Shown in pieces: positions 24,811 through 35,068 of a stretch of 39,673 nt of DNA (positions are counted from its first letter, which is position 1; the number at the start of each line of letters is the position of its first letter). The position numbers and the translations under genes are program-made. The DNA lies in the UHGV virus genome UHGV-0294044; one strand, written 5' to 3'. The notes below the pieces were generated by a model that saw only the letters and a program-made list of their open reading frames with translations, was not told where the DNA came from and did no database searches. The stretch comes from a virus.

Positions 24811-25326
24811 ATGGAAGAGGGGACGGTATTCACATGTAATAAAAATGAACATAAAAAATTGTATTCAAACGATTCAGAGAATATTTTTTATGAGGGATAT
24901 TGTTTTCTAAAAACGGCAGAAAAAATACGCCATATGCAGTTTGAATACCAAGGGGAGATGGGGAACCTCATAGCACCGTATATAGTAAATCTTTCTTTTG
25001 CGGCCGAATTGTTTTTAAAAAGTCTGTTGGTATCCACAAGGGTACAGTTTAAGCCCACACATGATTTATATAAATTGTATTCGTTGATTAATGATGATGA
25101 GATAAAAGATAACATAAAAAGTGCTTGCTACAGATTAAAAGATATCGACAAGTCCGATATTGAATTTGAGAAGTCATTGAATGATATTCGTGAGGTGTTT
25201 GAATACTGGCGCTATGTGTATGAAAGAATGCATATAGCAACGGCTGTATCATTTATTAAAGATTTTGCATATGCAGTAATGATAGAAGCTGAAAAGCACA
25301 AGATTGAAAACGAACGGAAGGGATAG
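24811..25326 (+). CDS. All-alpha hypothetical protein with R-x6-H (HEPN-like) motif; AT-rich moron between late activator and terS
   Basis: RBS GAGGATGG; ...STRVQFKPTHDLYKLY...; own upstream noncoding region. Confidence 0.35.
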   Translation: MEEGTVFTCNKNEHKKLYSNDSENIFYEGYCFLKTAEKIRHMQFEYQGEMGNLIAPYIVNLSFAAELFLKSLLVSTRVQFKPTHDLYKLYSLINDDEIKDNIKSACYRLKDIDKSDIEFEKSLNDIREVFEYWRYVYERMHIATAVSFIKDFAYAVMIEAEKHKIENERKG

Positions 25327-25379
25327 CTCAGGCTGTCTCTTTTTCTATACTTAAAACAGCCAGATAGGAAGGTGAGGTG

Positions 25380-25853
25380 ATGGCAAACAATGAAAACCTA
25401 ATACGTTTAAGCCCGAGCGAAGCCCGAGAGAATGGCAGAAAAGGCGGTAAGGCATCCGGTGAGGCCCGGAGGCGAAAGGCCGCCATGAGAGATACAATGA
25501 ATCGGCTTTTGACTATGAAAGTTGAGGTTGAAGGCCTGTCTGATATATTACGTGCTGATGGGGGCGAAAGCACCTACGAGGAGATAATTACTATGGCTAT
25601 GATAGAAAAGGCCATGCGCGGGGATGTGAAGGCTTTCATGGCCATCAAGGACGTGTTGGGACAGACTTCCAAATCTGAGACAGACCTGGAGGAACAGAAG
25701 ATACGGATGGAGCAGCTAAAGGCTGACACAGAGCGGATGCGCAGGGAGACATCCCCGGATGAAGATGACGGTGTGGAGGTAGTGAACGATGCGCCAAAAG
25801 AAGCAGGTCAGGATATCGGAGATAGTGATACCGAAATACCTACCGATTTTTAA
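25380..25853 (+). CDS. terS: Terminase small subunit (putative)
   Basis: N-terminal NENLIRLSPSEARENGRKGGKASGEARRR resembles NLKPF..G.SGNP..GRPKG motif of siphovirus small terminases; immediately upstream of terL. Confidence 0.5.
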   Translation: MANNENLIRLSPSEARENGRKGGKASGEARRRKAAMRDTMNRLLTMKVEVEGLSDILRADGGESTYEEIITMAMIEKAMRGDVKAFMAIKDVLGQTSKSETDLEEQKIRMEQLKADTERMRRETSPDEDDGVEVVNDAPKEAGQDIGDSDTEIPTDF

Positions 25854-27174
25854 CGATACAAGGCATAAGCACATCATACTCACATCCGGGCGCGCCGGCA
25901 CGAAGTCCAGCTATGCAGCTGTCCGGGCTGACTATCAGCTAATCAGTGATAAGAACGGCTCCGTGGTTGTCCTGCGTAAGCATCACAACAAACTGCGTAA
26001 GACGGTGTATAAAGAGATGCTGAGGGGTATCAATCGCCTGGGTGTCAAAAAGAGCGCATTCAAGATTGGGAAGTCCCCTATGGAGATAACCTATAAAAAG
26101 TATGGTACCACGATGTACTTCGCCGGCTCCGATGGCATTGACGATACAAAGGGTATCATAGACGAGGATAAGCCCATCAAGCTGGTCATCTTGGACGAGT
26201 TGACCGAGTTTTTTGATGACGGAGAAGGTGAGGACGAGTTGGCAAACATTGAGGCGACCTTTATCCGCGGGAATCAAGGTGGTTTCCAGATGATATACTT
26301 GTATAACCCTCCGAAGAATCCGAATGCACCCATCAATAAGTGGTGCCGCAAGATGGAGCAGCGTGATGACTGCATTCATATACACACAGATTACAGGGAT
26401 GTACCGCCGGATTGGCTGGGACAGGACCTGATTGATTCCGCTGAGGTCATGCGCCAGGCCGACGAAAAACAGTATCGCTGGGTCTGGCTGGGACAGAGCA
26501 TAGGTGTGGATGAGGTTATCTATTACATGTTCTCCGACCGACATAAGGTCAAACCAGAAAAAGGTCATTACAGGGTTATTGGTATTGGTGGCGACTACGG
26601 GCAGCAGAATGCCACCACCTTCCAGGCATTTGGCCTGGATGAATATGAGCACAGGCTTACAGGTCTGGATGAGTATTTCCATTCCGGCCGGGAATCGGGA
26701 AAACAAAAAAGCCCTTCCGTATACGCAAAGGATTTCATTACGTTCACGGACCAACTGCATGAGACGTATGCCTGCAGTTATTTTTATTTATACCTGGACC
26801 CATCAGCAACGGGACTGGCCGAGGAAATCAAAAGGGAGGCCCGTGACTGCGATTACACTATATTGACGCGGAAGGCGGAAAACGATGTAAAACCTGGTAT
26901 TTCCCGCGTACAGCTGCTCCTGGTGTTTGACATGTTGACCGTATCGCCACGGCAGCAGAATGCAATTGATGAATTCGGGACCTATGAGTATGACAAGAAG
27001 TCAATCGAACGCGGGAAGGAAGAACCTGTTAAAGTGGACGACCATTGTATGGACGCTATACGTTATCTGGTCATGGGAATGTGGAGTAAATTAAAACCCT
27101 ATTTACCAGCAAAAGAGTACGATGAAACAGTTAGGAACCCATTGGACGAGGAGGATGAGGATGAATATATTTGA
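25789..27174 (+). CDS. terL: Terminase large subunit (PBSX/XtmB-like)
   Basis: Walker A-like ILTSGRAGTKSSYAA; Walker B-like LVILDELTE; C-terminal nuclease D/E-rich; 461 aa. Confidence 0.8.
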   Translation: MRQKKQVRISEIVIPKYLPIFNDTRHKHIILTSGRAGTKSSYAAVRADYQLISDKNGSVVVLRKHHNKLRKTVYKEMLRGINRLGVKKSAFKIGKSPMEITYKKYGTTMYFAGSDGIDDTKGIIDEDKPIKLVILDELTEFFDDGEGEDELANIEATFIRGNQGGFQMIYLYNPPKNPNAPINKWCRKMEQRDDCIHIHTDYRDVPPDWLGQDLIDSAEVMRQADEKQYRWVWLGQSIGVDEVIYYMFSDRHKVKPEKGHYRVIGIGGDYGQQNATTFQAFGLDEYEHRLTGLDEYFHSGRESGKQKSPSVYAKDFITFTDQLHETYACSYFYLYLDPSATGLAEEIKREARDCDYTILTRKAENDVKPGISRVQLLLVFDMLTVSPRQQNAIDEFGTYEYDKKSIERGKEEPVKVDDHCMDAIRYLVMGMWSKLKPYLPAKEYDETVRNPLDEEDEDEYI

Positions 27175-28576
27175 GTATTTCAAGAAAAAAGATATTGATA
27201 CGGTTGACGCCTCATTCTATCGCAAGATTGCGGAATGGGACAGCTGGTACCGGAGTAATGTTAGAAAGTTTCATTTCTACCGCGTATATGGAGGGCAGGG
27301 GACCTGGACGAGATGCCGGCGGCACAGCCTGGGAATGGCAAAGAAGGTATGTGAGGACATGGCTGACCTGCTGCTGAATGAGCGTGTCAAGATTACCATA
27401 GGGGATGCTACGACAGATGCTTTTGTGCAGGATGTCCTGAGACAGAATAATTTCATGACCAAGGGGAATGAATACCAGGAACGCAAGGCGGCCAAAGGAA
27501 CGGTTGCGTATGTGCCCTATCTGGCTGACGCGGAGGTGGATGACCAGGGGAACATCCTGAATGGTATAGTGAAAATTAACTATCTGGAGGCACCGAACAT
27601 CTTTCCGTTATCCTGGGAGAATGGGAAAGTGATGGAGTGTGCTTTTGTATTCCCAAAGACCTGCCGGAGAAAGAAATACGCACAGATTCAATTCCATCGT
27701 TTGGAAGATGGCTTTTATGTGATTGAGAATACTGTGGTGGAGTGCACGACCGGAGCAGGAAAGGAGCTTACAAAAGATGAATGGTCACAGCTCCCGGTGT
27801 TTTCTGGCCTCGCTGAACGGATTGAGACGGGTTCTGATAAACCACAGTTCGTGGTTGACCGTCTGAACATTGTCAATAATGCAGACGAGGATGACAGTAA
27901 TCCTATGGGGGTTGCGTTGTTTGCCAATGCGGTTGACACCCTGCGAAAGATTGACCTGACCTATGATTCTTACGCAAACGAGTTTGACCTGGGACGGAAA
28001 CGTATATTTGTAGCCCCGGAGCTGTTGGACGATAAATACGGGAATCCTACATTTGATACCAGTGATACAGTATTTTACCGGCTGCCGGAGGATTATCTTA
28101 AGGACACCAACGAGGCCATTAAAGAAGTCAACATGGAACTGCGTGTGGATGCCCATAGCAAGGCCATAGACGACGACCTTAATTACCTGTCCGTTAAATG
28201 CGGTTTCGGTACTCAACGATACCGTTTTGTAAATGGGAGTGCCCAGACCGCGACGCAGGTCATATCCGAGAACAGTGACATGTACCGGTCCGTCCAGAAG
28301 CATGAGCTTATACTGGATGAGGTATTGAAAGAGCTTATCCGCATTATTATCCGCCTGGGGATTGCATCAAGGGTGGCAGGGCTTAATGAGGATACGGATA
28401 TCACGATTGACTTTGATGATTCCATCATTGAGGATAAACAGACAGAGCGCAATGAGGACAGGAAGGATGTGTCCATGGGGGTAATGTCCCTCTCAGAATA
28501 CCGCGCGAAGTGGTACGGAGAGACGGAGGAGAAGGCTGCCGCCAGGATACCGGAGCAGACAGGGGTGATACCATAA
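27161..28576 (+). CDS. Portal protein (SPP1 gp6-like)
   Basis: Size ~470 aa, position after terL; start at second ATG with RBS GAGGAGG. Confidence 0.75.
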   Translation: MNIFEYFKKKDIDTVDASFYRKIAEWDSWYRSNVRKFHFYRVYGGQGTWTRCRRHSLGMAKKVCEDMADLLLNERVKITIGDATTDAFVQDVLRQNNFMTKGNEYQERKAAKGTVAYVPYLADAEVDDQGNILNGIVKINYLEAPNIFPLSWENGKVMECAFVFPKTCRRKKYAQIQFHRLEDGFYVIENTVVECTTGAGKELTKDEWSQLPVFSGLAERIETGSDKPQFVVDRLNIVNNADEDDSNPMGVALFANAVDTLRKIDLTYDSYANEFDLGRKRIFVAPELLDDKYGNPTFDTSDTVFYRLPEDYLKDTNEAIKEVNMELRVDAHSKAIDDDLNYLSVKCGFGTQRYRFVNGSAQTATQVISENSDMYRSVQKHELILDEVLKELIRIIIRLGIASRVAGLNEDTDITIDFDDSIIEDKQTERNEDRKDVSMGVMSLSEYRAKWYGETEEKAAARIPEQTGVIP

Positions 28577-28577
28577 A

Positions 28578-29759
28578 ATGAACCGGTCTTATGAGAGCCA
28601 CATGACGGTAGGCGTGGAACGGAAGTTTCGTAACCTGGAGAACCGTATCATGGAGGACGTGGTGCGGCGGATTAAGAAAACAGGACAGATAACCTCTTCC
28701 GCAGATTACCAGTTGAACCGGTATTATATCCTTGGAAACAGCACCAAAGACATAGAGGACATTGTTAAGAGCGCTGTGGGTGATGACTACCCAGAGACAT
28801 TTAAACTCTACGACGAAGTGGTTGAGAAGCAATACACCCGGTCAAGAGAGCTTTATGAGCAGGTCAATGAGGAATTTATCCCATATGAACAGAATGAGCA
28901 GCTACAGCAGCTTGTGAATGGCCTCATACAGCAGTCCAATGATGAACTGTATAACATCACCCGGTCCATGGGATTCATGGTGGATATGGGCGGAGGCAGG
29001 AAGGTATTTTCCCCGTTATCGGATTACTATAATCAGTATCTGGATAATGCCATTGTGGAAATTACTTCCGGCGCCTTTGATTACAATACGGTTATCCGCC
29101 GTGTGGTAGGCCAGATGACTAACTCAGGACTGCGCACTGTGGATTATGCCAGCGGATATTCCAGCCGGTGTGACGTGGCAGCACGCAGGGCCATCATGAC
29201 AGGATTATCACAGCTGACTGGCCATATATCACAAACGAATGCACAGAAGCTCCACACGGAGTATTTTGAGATTGACTGGCACGCTGGTGCAAGGCCGTCC
29301 CATCGGACATGGCAGGGAAAGGTTTGGAGCTATCGGGAGCTGGTGACAGTGTGTGGTCTTGGGACTGTAACCGGCCTGCAGGGTGCAAACTGTTACCATG
29401 AGTATTATCCGTTCATTCCAGGTATATCTGAACGTCAGTTTAGCGATAAGTGGCTTGCAGAACAGAACCGCAAGGAGGATAGACAAAAAGTATTCAAAGG
29501 GAAAGAATATACTCTTTATGAAGCCACGCAGCGTCAGCGGTATCTGGAAACCAACATGAGGGCACAGCGCCAGAAAGTAAAGCTATTACAGCAGGCCGGC
29601 GCATCTCAGGATGATATCATGCTGGCGCGTTGCAAGTACCAGGCCCAACTGGATGAATACAAGGCGTTTTGTGAGCGGATGGGATTACAGGAACAACGGG
29701 AAAGAATCTATTATGATTTGCAAGGAAGGGTTGCGCCAGGAAGGAGGACTGCCAGGTGA
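28578..29759 (+). CDS. Head morphogenesis / minor capsid protein (SPP1 gp7 / Mu F-like)
   Basis: Directly after portal; WHAGARPSHRTWQGKVW region typical of family. Confidence 0.65.
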   Translation: MNRSYESHMTVGVERKFRNLENRIMEDVVRRIKKTGQITSSADYQLNRYYILGNSTKDIEDIVKSAVGDDYPETFKLYDEVVEKQYTRSRELYEQVNEEFIPYEQNEQLQQLVNGLIQQSNDELYNITRSMGFMVDMGGGRKVFSPLSDYYNQYLDNAIVEITSGAFDYNTVIRRVVGQMTNSGLRTVDYASGYSSRCDVAARRAIMTGLSQLTGHISQTNAQKLHTEYFEIDWHAGARPSHRTWQGKVWSYRELVTVCGLGTVTGLQGANCYHEYYPFIPGISERQFSDKWLAEQNRKEDRQKVFKGKEYTLYEATQRQRYLETNMRAQRQKVKLLQQAGASQDDIMLARCKYQAQLDEYKAFCERMGLQEQRERIYYDLQGRVAPGRRTAR

Positions 29760-30040
29760 TTGAAGTAAAGGTAAGGCGAGATGGCCTGTCATTATCAGGA
29801 CATGCCGGATATGGCCGGAGAGGCCAGTCAATCGTGTGTGCCGCCGTATCGTCCATCACGTTGACTATGATTGAGGGCCTGCGGGAGATAGCGGGTATCC
29901 GGCTGACTGAGACCGTGGAAAGCGGCAATGTATCAGTTAAATGGCAAAAGCTGAATGATACAGGCAAGGCATTGATTGATACATGGTTCTTGGGATTGTG
30001 CCATATCAATGCGCAATATAATTGTATACGATTTATATAG
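29756..30040 (+). CDS. Prp-like cysteine protease (ribosomal-protein L27 processing peptidase homologue)
   Basis: SGHAGYGRRGQSIVCAAVSSITLTMIEGL matches Prp/DUF464 His-Cys dyad region; placed just before scaffold and capsid genes. Confidence 0.6.
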   Translation: MIEVKVRRDGLSLSGHAGYGRRGQSIVCAAVSSITLTMIEGLREIAGIRLTETVESGNVSVKWQKLNDTGKALIDTWFLGLCHINAQYNCIRFI

Positions 30041-30128
30041 CATCTCATAAGGGGTGCTTTTATTATGTCCAAAACGTGATGACAAAAAAGCATCGGAACA
30101 GTTCACGCACTAAAAACGGAGGTTAAAC

Positions 30129-30701
30129 ATGAGAAAGAGATTATTTGATTTACAGCTTTTCGAGGACGGCGGCGGAAGCGGCTCTGAGGGAAACCAGGGG
30201 AATAATGCCGGTGATGAGGGAAACAAGGGAACCTATAGTTTTGAGCAGGCGGAGGAGATAGCCAATGCAAGGGCGCATCGTGCGGAGCAGGCAGCCCTTA
30301 AATCTTATTTCCAGCAGCAGGGTATGACCGAGGATGAGGTCAAGGCGGCCCTTGCTGATTATAAGACAAACAAGGAGAAGCAGAAACCAAATCTGTCCGC
30401 TATTGAGCAGGAAAGGGACAATGCATTAAAGGAACTGGAACAGGTGAAGAATTCCAACCTGCTGCGGGATAAGGGAGTAAAGCCGGATGACCTGGACTAT
30501 GTGCTGTTCAAGGTTGGTAAGCTGGTGGATGATAAAACAGACTTCACAAAGGCAGCTGAGAAATTTCTGAAAGATAACCCACGTTTCACAAGTCAGGGCG
30601 GTTACCGCGTAACGACTTCCGCACAGGCGGGTGGAGTGGGGAGCGCCCAGAACACGAACGATTCTATCAACAACGCCATTCGCATGGCAGCAAGAAGATA
30701 A
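30129..30701 (+). CDS. Scaffolding protein
   Basis: Helical/charged, between Prp and capsid; N-terminal MRKRLFDLQLFE motif. Confidence 0.55.
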   Translation: MRKRLFDLQLFEDGGGSGSEGNQGNNAGDEGNKGTYSFEQAEEIANARAHRAEQAALKSYFQQQGMTEDEVKAALADYKTNKEKQKPNLSAIEQERDNALKELEQVKNSNLLRDKGVKPDDLDYVLFKVGKLVDDKTDFTKAAEKFLKDNPRFTSQGGYRVTTSAQAGGVGSAQNTNDSINNAIRMAARR

Positions 30702-30710
30702 GGAGGAACT

Positions 30711-31700
30711 ATGAGACATAGAAAATTTGATATACAGCTTTTTGAAGGCGACGCGCAGATTATTGACAGGACTGGCGCGGCATCACTCATACCTGAGGAG
30801 AATGCGCGGGAGATTATCCAGGGTGTGGTGACACAGTCCGCAGTCCTGCAGAGAGGAAGGAAACTGCCGAACATGTCCAGCAAGACGTATAAGATGCCGG
30901 TGCTTGACATGCTCCCGATTGCCTACTTTGTCAACGGGGATACCGGGGCGAAAAAGACCACGAAGCAGGCCTGGGATAAGAAGTTTATCACAGCGGAGGA
31001 GATTGCGGTTATTGTACCAATCCCTGAGGCCGTCCTGGATGATTCTGACTATGACATCTGGGGAGAGGTCAAGCCGAGGGTAATTGAGGCCTTCGGCAAG
31101 GTGATTGACGGTGCGGTTCTGTTTGACTTGGATAAGCCATCCACATGGAGGGACGGTGTTGTGACGACTGCCACTAAGGCCGGTTCCGTCGTGACGCTTG
31201 CAACCGGGGATGACCTGTATGATAAAATTATGGCGGAGGAAGGCATTATTGCCAAGATTGAGGAATCCGGGTATTTCGTCAACGGACACATGGCTGATAT
31301 CTCCATGCGCGCTAAACTGAGAGGCCTGAAGGATACGACGGGGAACCCGATATTTAAGAGCGACATGCAGAACGGAACCACTTATTCACTGGATGGCAGC
31401 CCGATGAACTTCCCCAACAACGGCGCCTTTGACAAATCAAAGGCGTTGATGATATCTGGTGATTTCAGCCAGTTGGTATATGCAATCCGTCAGGACATCA
31501 CCTTTAAGCTGTTCACGGAGGGCGTTGTTCAGAATACAGACGGCTCCATTGCGTACAACCTGATGCAGAATGACATGGTGGCGTTAAGGGCAGTCATGAG
31601 ACTTGGATGGGAAATCCCTAATCCGATTAACTCCATGAAAACGGATAAGACCAAAAGATGCCCATTTGCTATCTTGAAGGCTGGAACACCAACAGAATAA
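30711..31700 (+). CDS. Major capsid protein
   Basis: 329 aa following scaffold; N-terminal MRHRKFDIQLFE motif. Confidence 0.7.
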   Translation: MRHRKFDIQLFEGDAQIIDRTGAASLIPEENAREIIQGVVTQSAVLQRGRKLPNMSSKTYKMPVLDMLPIAYFVNGDTGAKKTTKQAWDKKFITAEEIAVIVPIPEAVLDDSDYDIWGEVKPRVIEAFGKVIDGAVLFDLDKPSTWRDGVVTTATKAGSVVTLATGDDLYDKIMAEEGIIAKIEESGYFVNGHMADISMRAKLRGLKDTTGNPIFKSDMQNGTTYSLDGSPMNFPNNGAFDKSKALMISGDFSQLVYAIRQDITFKLFTEGVVQNTDGSIAYNLMQNDMVALRAVMRLGWEIPNPINSMKTDKTKRCPFAILKAGTPTE

Positions 31701-31715
31701 GGAGGGTGGTCACGG

Positions 31716-32141
31716 ATGTATGTGGATTACAAATATTATCAGATTGAGCATGGTGGGAAAATGCCGGAAGATGCCTTCCCGGCATCTGAGCGCAGGGCAG
31801 AAGCGTACATCCGATACCTTACCCATCTGAATGGTGACATATTTGCCATACCAAATGACATGGTAAAGGATGCAGTATGCGCAGCAGCAGACGTGTATTA
31901 TATGGCAGAACAGGAGCAGGACCAGAGAATGGCGGAAGGAAAGGCAGGACCAGTCCGATCCGAGAACAATGACGGCTATTCCGTATCTTATGTGATGGAA
32001 CAAACAGACGGTCAGACGGTGGAAGAAGCGGTCAGACGGAAGGCCTACGATGCTGTGTATATGTATCTATTACCTACTGGCTGGCTGAGGCGGAAAGTGG
32101 GGTGCGGACATGCTCACGAATGCAGACATAACAGTTTATAA
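31716..32141 (+). CDS. Head-tail connector (gp6-like)
   Basis: Position/size. Confidence 0.4.
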   Translation: MYVDYKYYQIEHGGKMPEDAFPASERRAEAYIRYLTHLNGDIFAIPNDMVKDAVCAAADVYYMAEQEQDQRMAEGKAGPVRSENNDGYSVSYVMEQTDGQTVEEAVRRKAYDAVYMYLLPTGWLRRKVGCGHAHECRHNSL

Positions 32142-32505
32142 CTCCTTCCTTGACCCTGAAAGCCGGATGCGGGTCTGGCACCATACCATGATAAAGGGGG
32201 TATGGTTCTATGTGGACAATAAGGTCAGCCTGACTGACGGTGGACTTGCTTCTGCTGATGCATACAAGGTGAGGATACCGGTTTATGCTGATTTTGGCGG
32301 CAGTCGATATGTGCCACCAGATGAATATGCAGGGGCCGATGGAACATGGACACTGAAAAACGATGATTACATTGTCAGGGGAATTGGGCCAGATATTGAA
32401 AAGCCGGCAGACCTGCAGAAAGAGAGCCGGATTGCTTTTAAGGTTACATCATGGTCAGATAACCGTCAGGGTGGTCTGAAACATTGGCGTGTGGGAGGTG
32501 TGTGA
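32110..32505 (+). CDS. Head closure / head-tail adaptor protein
   Basis: Position/size. Confidence 0.4.
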   Translation: MLTNADITVYNSFLDPESRMRVWHHTMIKGVWFYVDNKVSLTDGGLASADAYKVRIPVYADFGGSRYVPPDEYAGADGTWTLKNDDYIVRGIGPDIEKPADLQKESRIAFKVTSWSDNRQGGLKHWRVGGV

Positions 32506-32909
32506 TGGCACAGAAACGCGTATTCCAAATCACGACCCCGCGGGGAAGTGTGTACCAGACAAAGGGGAAAGGCGGAACCGTCACCGCCCGACTGGAGTGG
32601 AATCCTGGTTTTGCAAGGGAAAAGTCAGAGGCTTTTTCCAACGCGCAGGCCTTTGTTGATTCCGAGTGCCTACGGTATATGGACCCGCTTACATCGAGGC
32701 TCACAGGATACATGATAAAGTCCGCAACCCTAGGAACGGTTATCGGGAGTGGAAAGATTGAGTACCTGGCCCCTTATGCAAGGAAACAGTACTATGAAGG
32801 CAAAGGGGATGGTGGGAACCGGGGACGATTGTGGTTTGAGAGGATGAAAACATCCAAGGCAGAAACCATACAGAAGGGAGCAAACAGGATTGCAGCAAAC
32901 AATAAATAA
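32506..32909 (+). CDS. HK97 gp10-like tail-component protein
   Basis: ATG 32506 in ORF 32484-32909; position. Confidence 0.4.
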
Positions 32910-33315
32910 TGAGTCAGTGATTGCAGCTCTGAGACAATATTTCATGAGCTGCCCATACCTAAGGGATGGAGAGTTTAATATTGATTACCTGCCAGACAGC
33001 CGGTCATACAGCCTCGACCCAATCCCGGCAGAACCTGTTTATAAGGAGTATGTTGATGGAGGAAAGATATACCAGTTCCAATACTCTTTTACCTCCAAAG
33101 AGGCCTATGACGGGGATGCCCGGACCATGATAGACAATTCATTTTTTTATCAGAATCTGGCTGACTGGGTAGAAAGACAGGATGATGAAGGTATCCTGCC
33201 TATGCTGGAGGGACGTCAGGTGATATCAAACACGTTGATGTCGAGCTATTACCTGTTTGGGTCTGATGCGGACCTGGCAAAGTATCAGGTACAGCTCAGG
33301 TTATTGTACGAATAA
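32890..33315 (+). CDS. Tail completion protein (putative)
   Basis: Position/size. Confidence 0.4.
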   Translation: MQQTINNESVIAALRQYFMSCPYLRDGEFNIDYLPDSRSYSLDPIPAEPVYKEYVDGGKIYQFQYSFTSKEAYDGDARTMIDNSFFYQNLADWVERQDDEGILPMLEGRQVISNTLMSSYYLFGSDADLAKYQVQLRLLYE

Positions 33316-33327
33316 GGAGATGATTAT

Positions 33328-33861
33328 ATGGCAAATGCAGATAAGCTAAACGATGGTAAGCTGATTAAGCGTTCCAAGCGGGTTTCGTTCCTGAATGTGG
33401 GGACAACCGCAGAACCTAAATTTATAAGAATGCAGGGGTTCTCGTCCATGTCGGAATCCAAGAGCGCAAAAGAGTATTCCAGACAGTATGTGGATGAGGA
33501 CACCGAACGGTCGGACGTGGTGGGCTATGCGACCCAGATAGGGTACAGTTTTGACCGGCACAGCCCATACTCAGTACATGAGAAGCTGGCCGAAATCACG
33601 GACAACGAGTACACTGGTTCCGATGCGACCGTGGAAATCGTAACGGTGGACCTGTTTACAGATGGGGACGCAAAAGTAGCACGGAAACGTGCTTACAGCG
33701 TTATACCGGATACAACCGGCGACGGAACGGATGCCTTGATTTATTCCGGAAACTTCCGCGCCGCAGGAGAGGCCGTGCTGGGTACAGCGACATCCGCTGA
33801 TAAATGGCAGACAGTGACATTTACCGAGGGCAGTGCACCGGATCCTGCACCGGGAACATAA
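33328..33861 (+). CDS. Major tail protein
   Basis: RBS AAGGAGATG; 177 aa just upstream of chaperones and tape measure. Confidence 0.5.
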   Translation: MANADKLNDGKLIKRSKRVSFLNVGTTAEPKFIRMQGFSSMSESKSAKEYSRQYVDEDTERSDVVGYATQIGYSFDRHSPYSVHEKLAEITDNEYTGSDATVEIVTVDLFTDGDAKVARKRAYSVIPDTTGDGTDALIYSGNFRAAGEAVLGTATSADKWQTVTFTEGSAPDPAPGT

Positions 33862-33879
33862 GAATAAAGGAGTGAGCCT

Positions 33880-34290
33880 ATGAGCCAGAAGTGGAGTTAT
33901 AACAACATTGAGTTTGAGGTAGACCTGCAGGACGCTGATTTTGCTGAAAAGTATGAAAAGGCATTTGAACGGATGGGGCAGGATGAAAAGAAGGTGCAGA
34001 AGGCCGGAAGCAACAGTGAACTGATACGCGGATACTGTGGCCTCTTTCATAACCTGTTTGATGACATATATGGTACCGGGACAGCAAAGAGATTATTTGA
34101 TGGAAAGATGAACGCAGGTATGTGCGACCTGGCCTACGCTGCTTTTATGGGAGCCTGTATGCGTTGCAATGAGGAGGCTGTCCAGCAGAGAGGGCAGCTG
34201 ATGAGCCGATATGCCCCACGGCAAAACCGCCAGCAGCGACGGAACAACCAACAGAGGAATAAGAACTGGAATGGGGGACAGCGTGCATGA
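33880..34290 (+). CDS. Tail assembly chaperone (gpG-like)
   Basis: RBS AAGGAG; precedes second chaperone-like gene and TMP. Confidence 0.4.
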   Translation: MSQKWSYNNIEFEVDLQDADFAEKYEKAFERMGQDEKKVQKAGSNSELIRGYCGLFHNLFDDIYGTGTAKRLFDGKMNAGMCDLAYAAFMGACMRCNEEAVQQRGQLMSRYAPRQNRQQRRNNQQRNKNWNGGQRA

Positions 34291-34874
34291 GCATGAACTT
34301 GCTTTATGAAGCCTATCCTGAATCGGTCAATCTGTATGGCGTGGAACGCGAAATTGTGACTGATTTCAAGGACTGGCTGCGGTTCATTGATATGATAAGA
34401 TGTGACGGACTCAGCCAGGATGAGAAGATGACTCTCATGATGGAGATGTATCTGGAAAACATACCACACTGGCAATGGGGGGATGCCCATGAGCCACTTA
34501 TGAGTTTTTTTCGTATGGATGAGTGCACGATAGAGACGGGTGGTGAACCAGAGGGCGCAGATGAGGAATTAGAGCCGGTGATACCAAAGCCGCTGTATGA
34601 TTTTGCGTTCGATGCAAAATACATCATATCGGGGTTCCGGCAGGACTATAAGATTGACCTCACGGAAACAGACATGCACTGGTGGAAGTTTCGCATCCTT
34701 TTGGATGGCCTGTCGTCTGGTACAGAGTTTAAGCAGCGGGTAATGTACCGGAACACAAACACAGCTGATATCAAGGATGTGAAGGAACGCCAGCGGATAC
34801 AGCGGATACAGAGGGCCATTGCCATCCCGCAGCCAGCTCCATCTGATTATGAGATAGGGGATATGTTTGGATGA
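34287..34874 (+). CDS. Gp15-like tail assembly protein
   Basis: Position between chaperone and TMP. Confidence 0.4.
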   Translation: MSMNLLYEAYPESVNLYGVEREIVTDFKDWLRFIDMIRCDGLSQDEKMTLMMEMYLENIPHWQWGDAHEPLMSFFRMDECTIETGGEPEGADEELEPVIPKPLYDFAFDAKYIISGFRQDYKIDLTETDMHWWKFRILLDGLSSGTEFKQRVMYRNTNTADIKDVKERQRIQRIQRAIAIPQPAPSDYEIGDMFG

Positions 34875-35026
34875 TGAAAAAGATTGAAAAGCCTCCATTG
34901 CTGCGCAAGTGGTACCGATGCCCTCATTGTGGGAAAAATGTGGTGTTATACGACAACACAGCCCATAGCAATGGGGTATATGTGAAATGTAAGGAGTGCA
35001 GAAAGGAATTTGAAATAAGGATTTAG
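34871..35026 (+). CDS. Small zinc-ribbon protein (51 aa; CPHC...CKEC)
   Basis: ATGA overlap with upstream stop; MMKKIEKPPLLRKWYRCPHCGKNVVLYDNTAHSNGVYVKCKECRKEFEIRI. Confidence 0.3.
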   Translation: MMKKIEKPPLLRKWYRCPHCGKNVVLYDNTAHSNGVYVKCKECRKEFEIRI

Positions 35027-35068
35027 CATCTGTGAGCCAATGAGCCGTGCTACTGCGAAAGGAGTAGT

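Noticed and set aside
25939-26760. 273-aa minus-strand ORF
   Set aside because: It lies antisense within the terminase large subunit. Similar antisense artefacts are 338-895, 1612-2139, 27785-28303, 35417-35965 and 37123-37644, all inside strong plus-strand genes.
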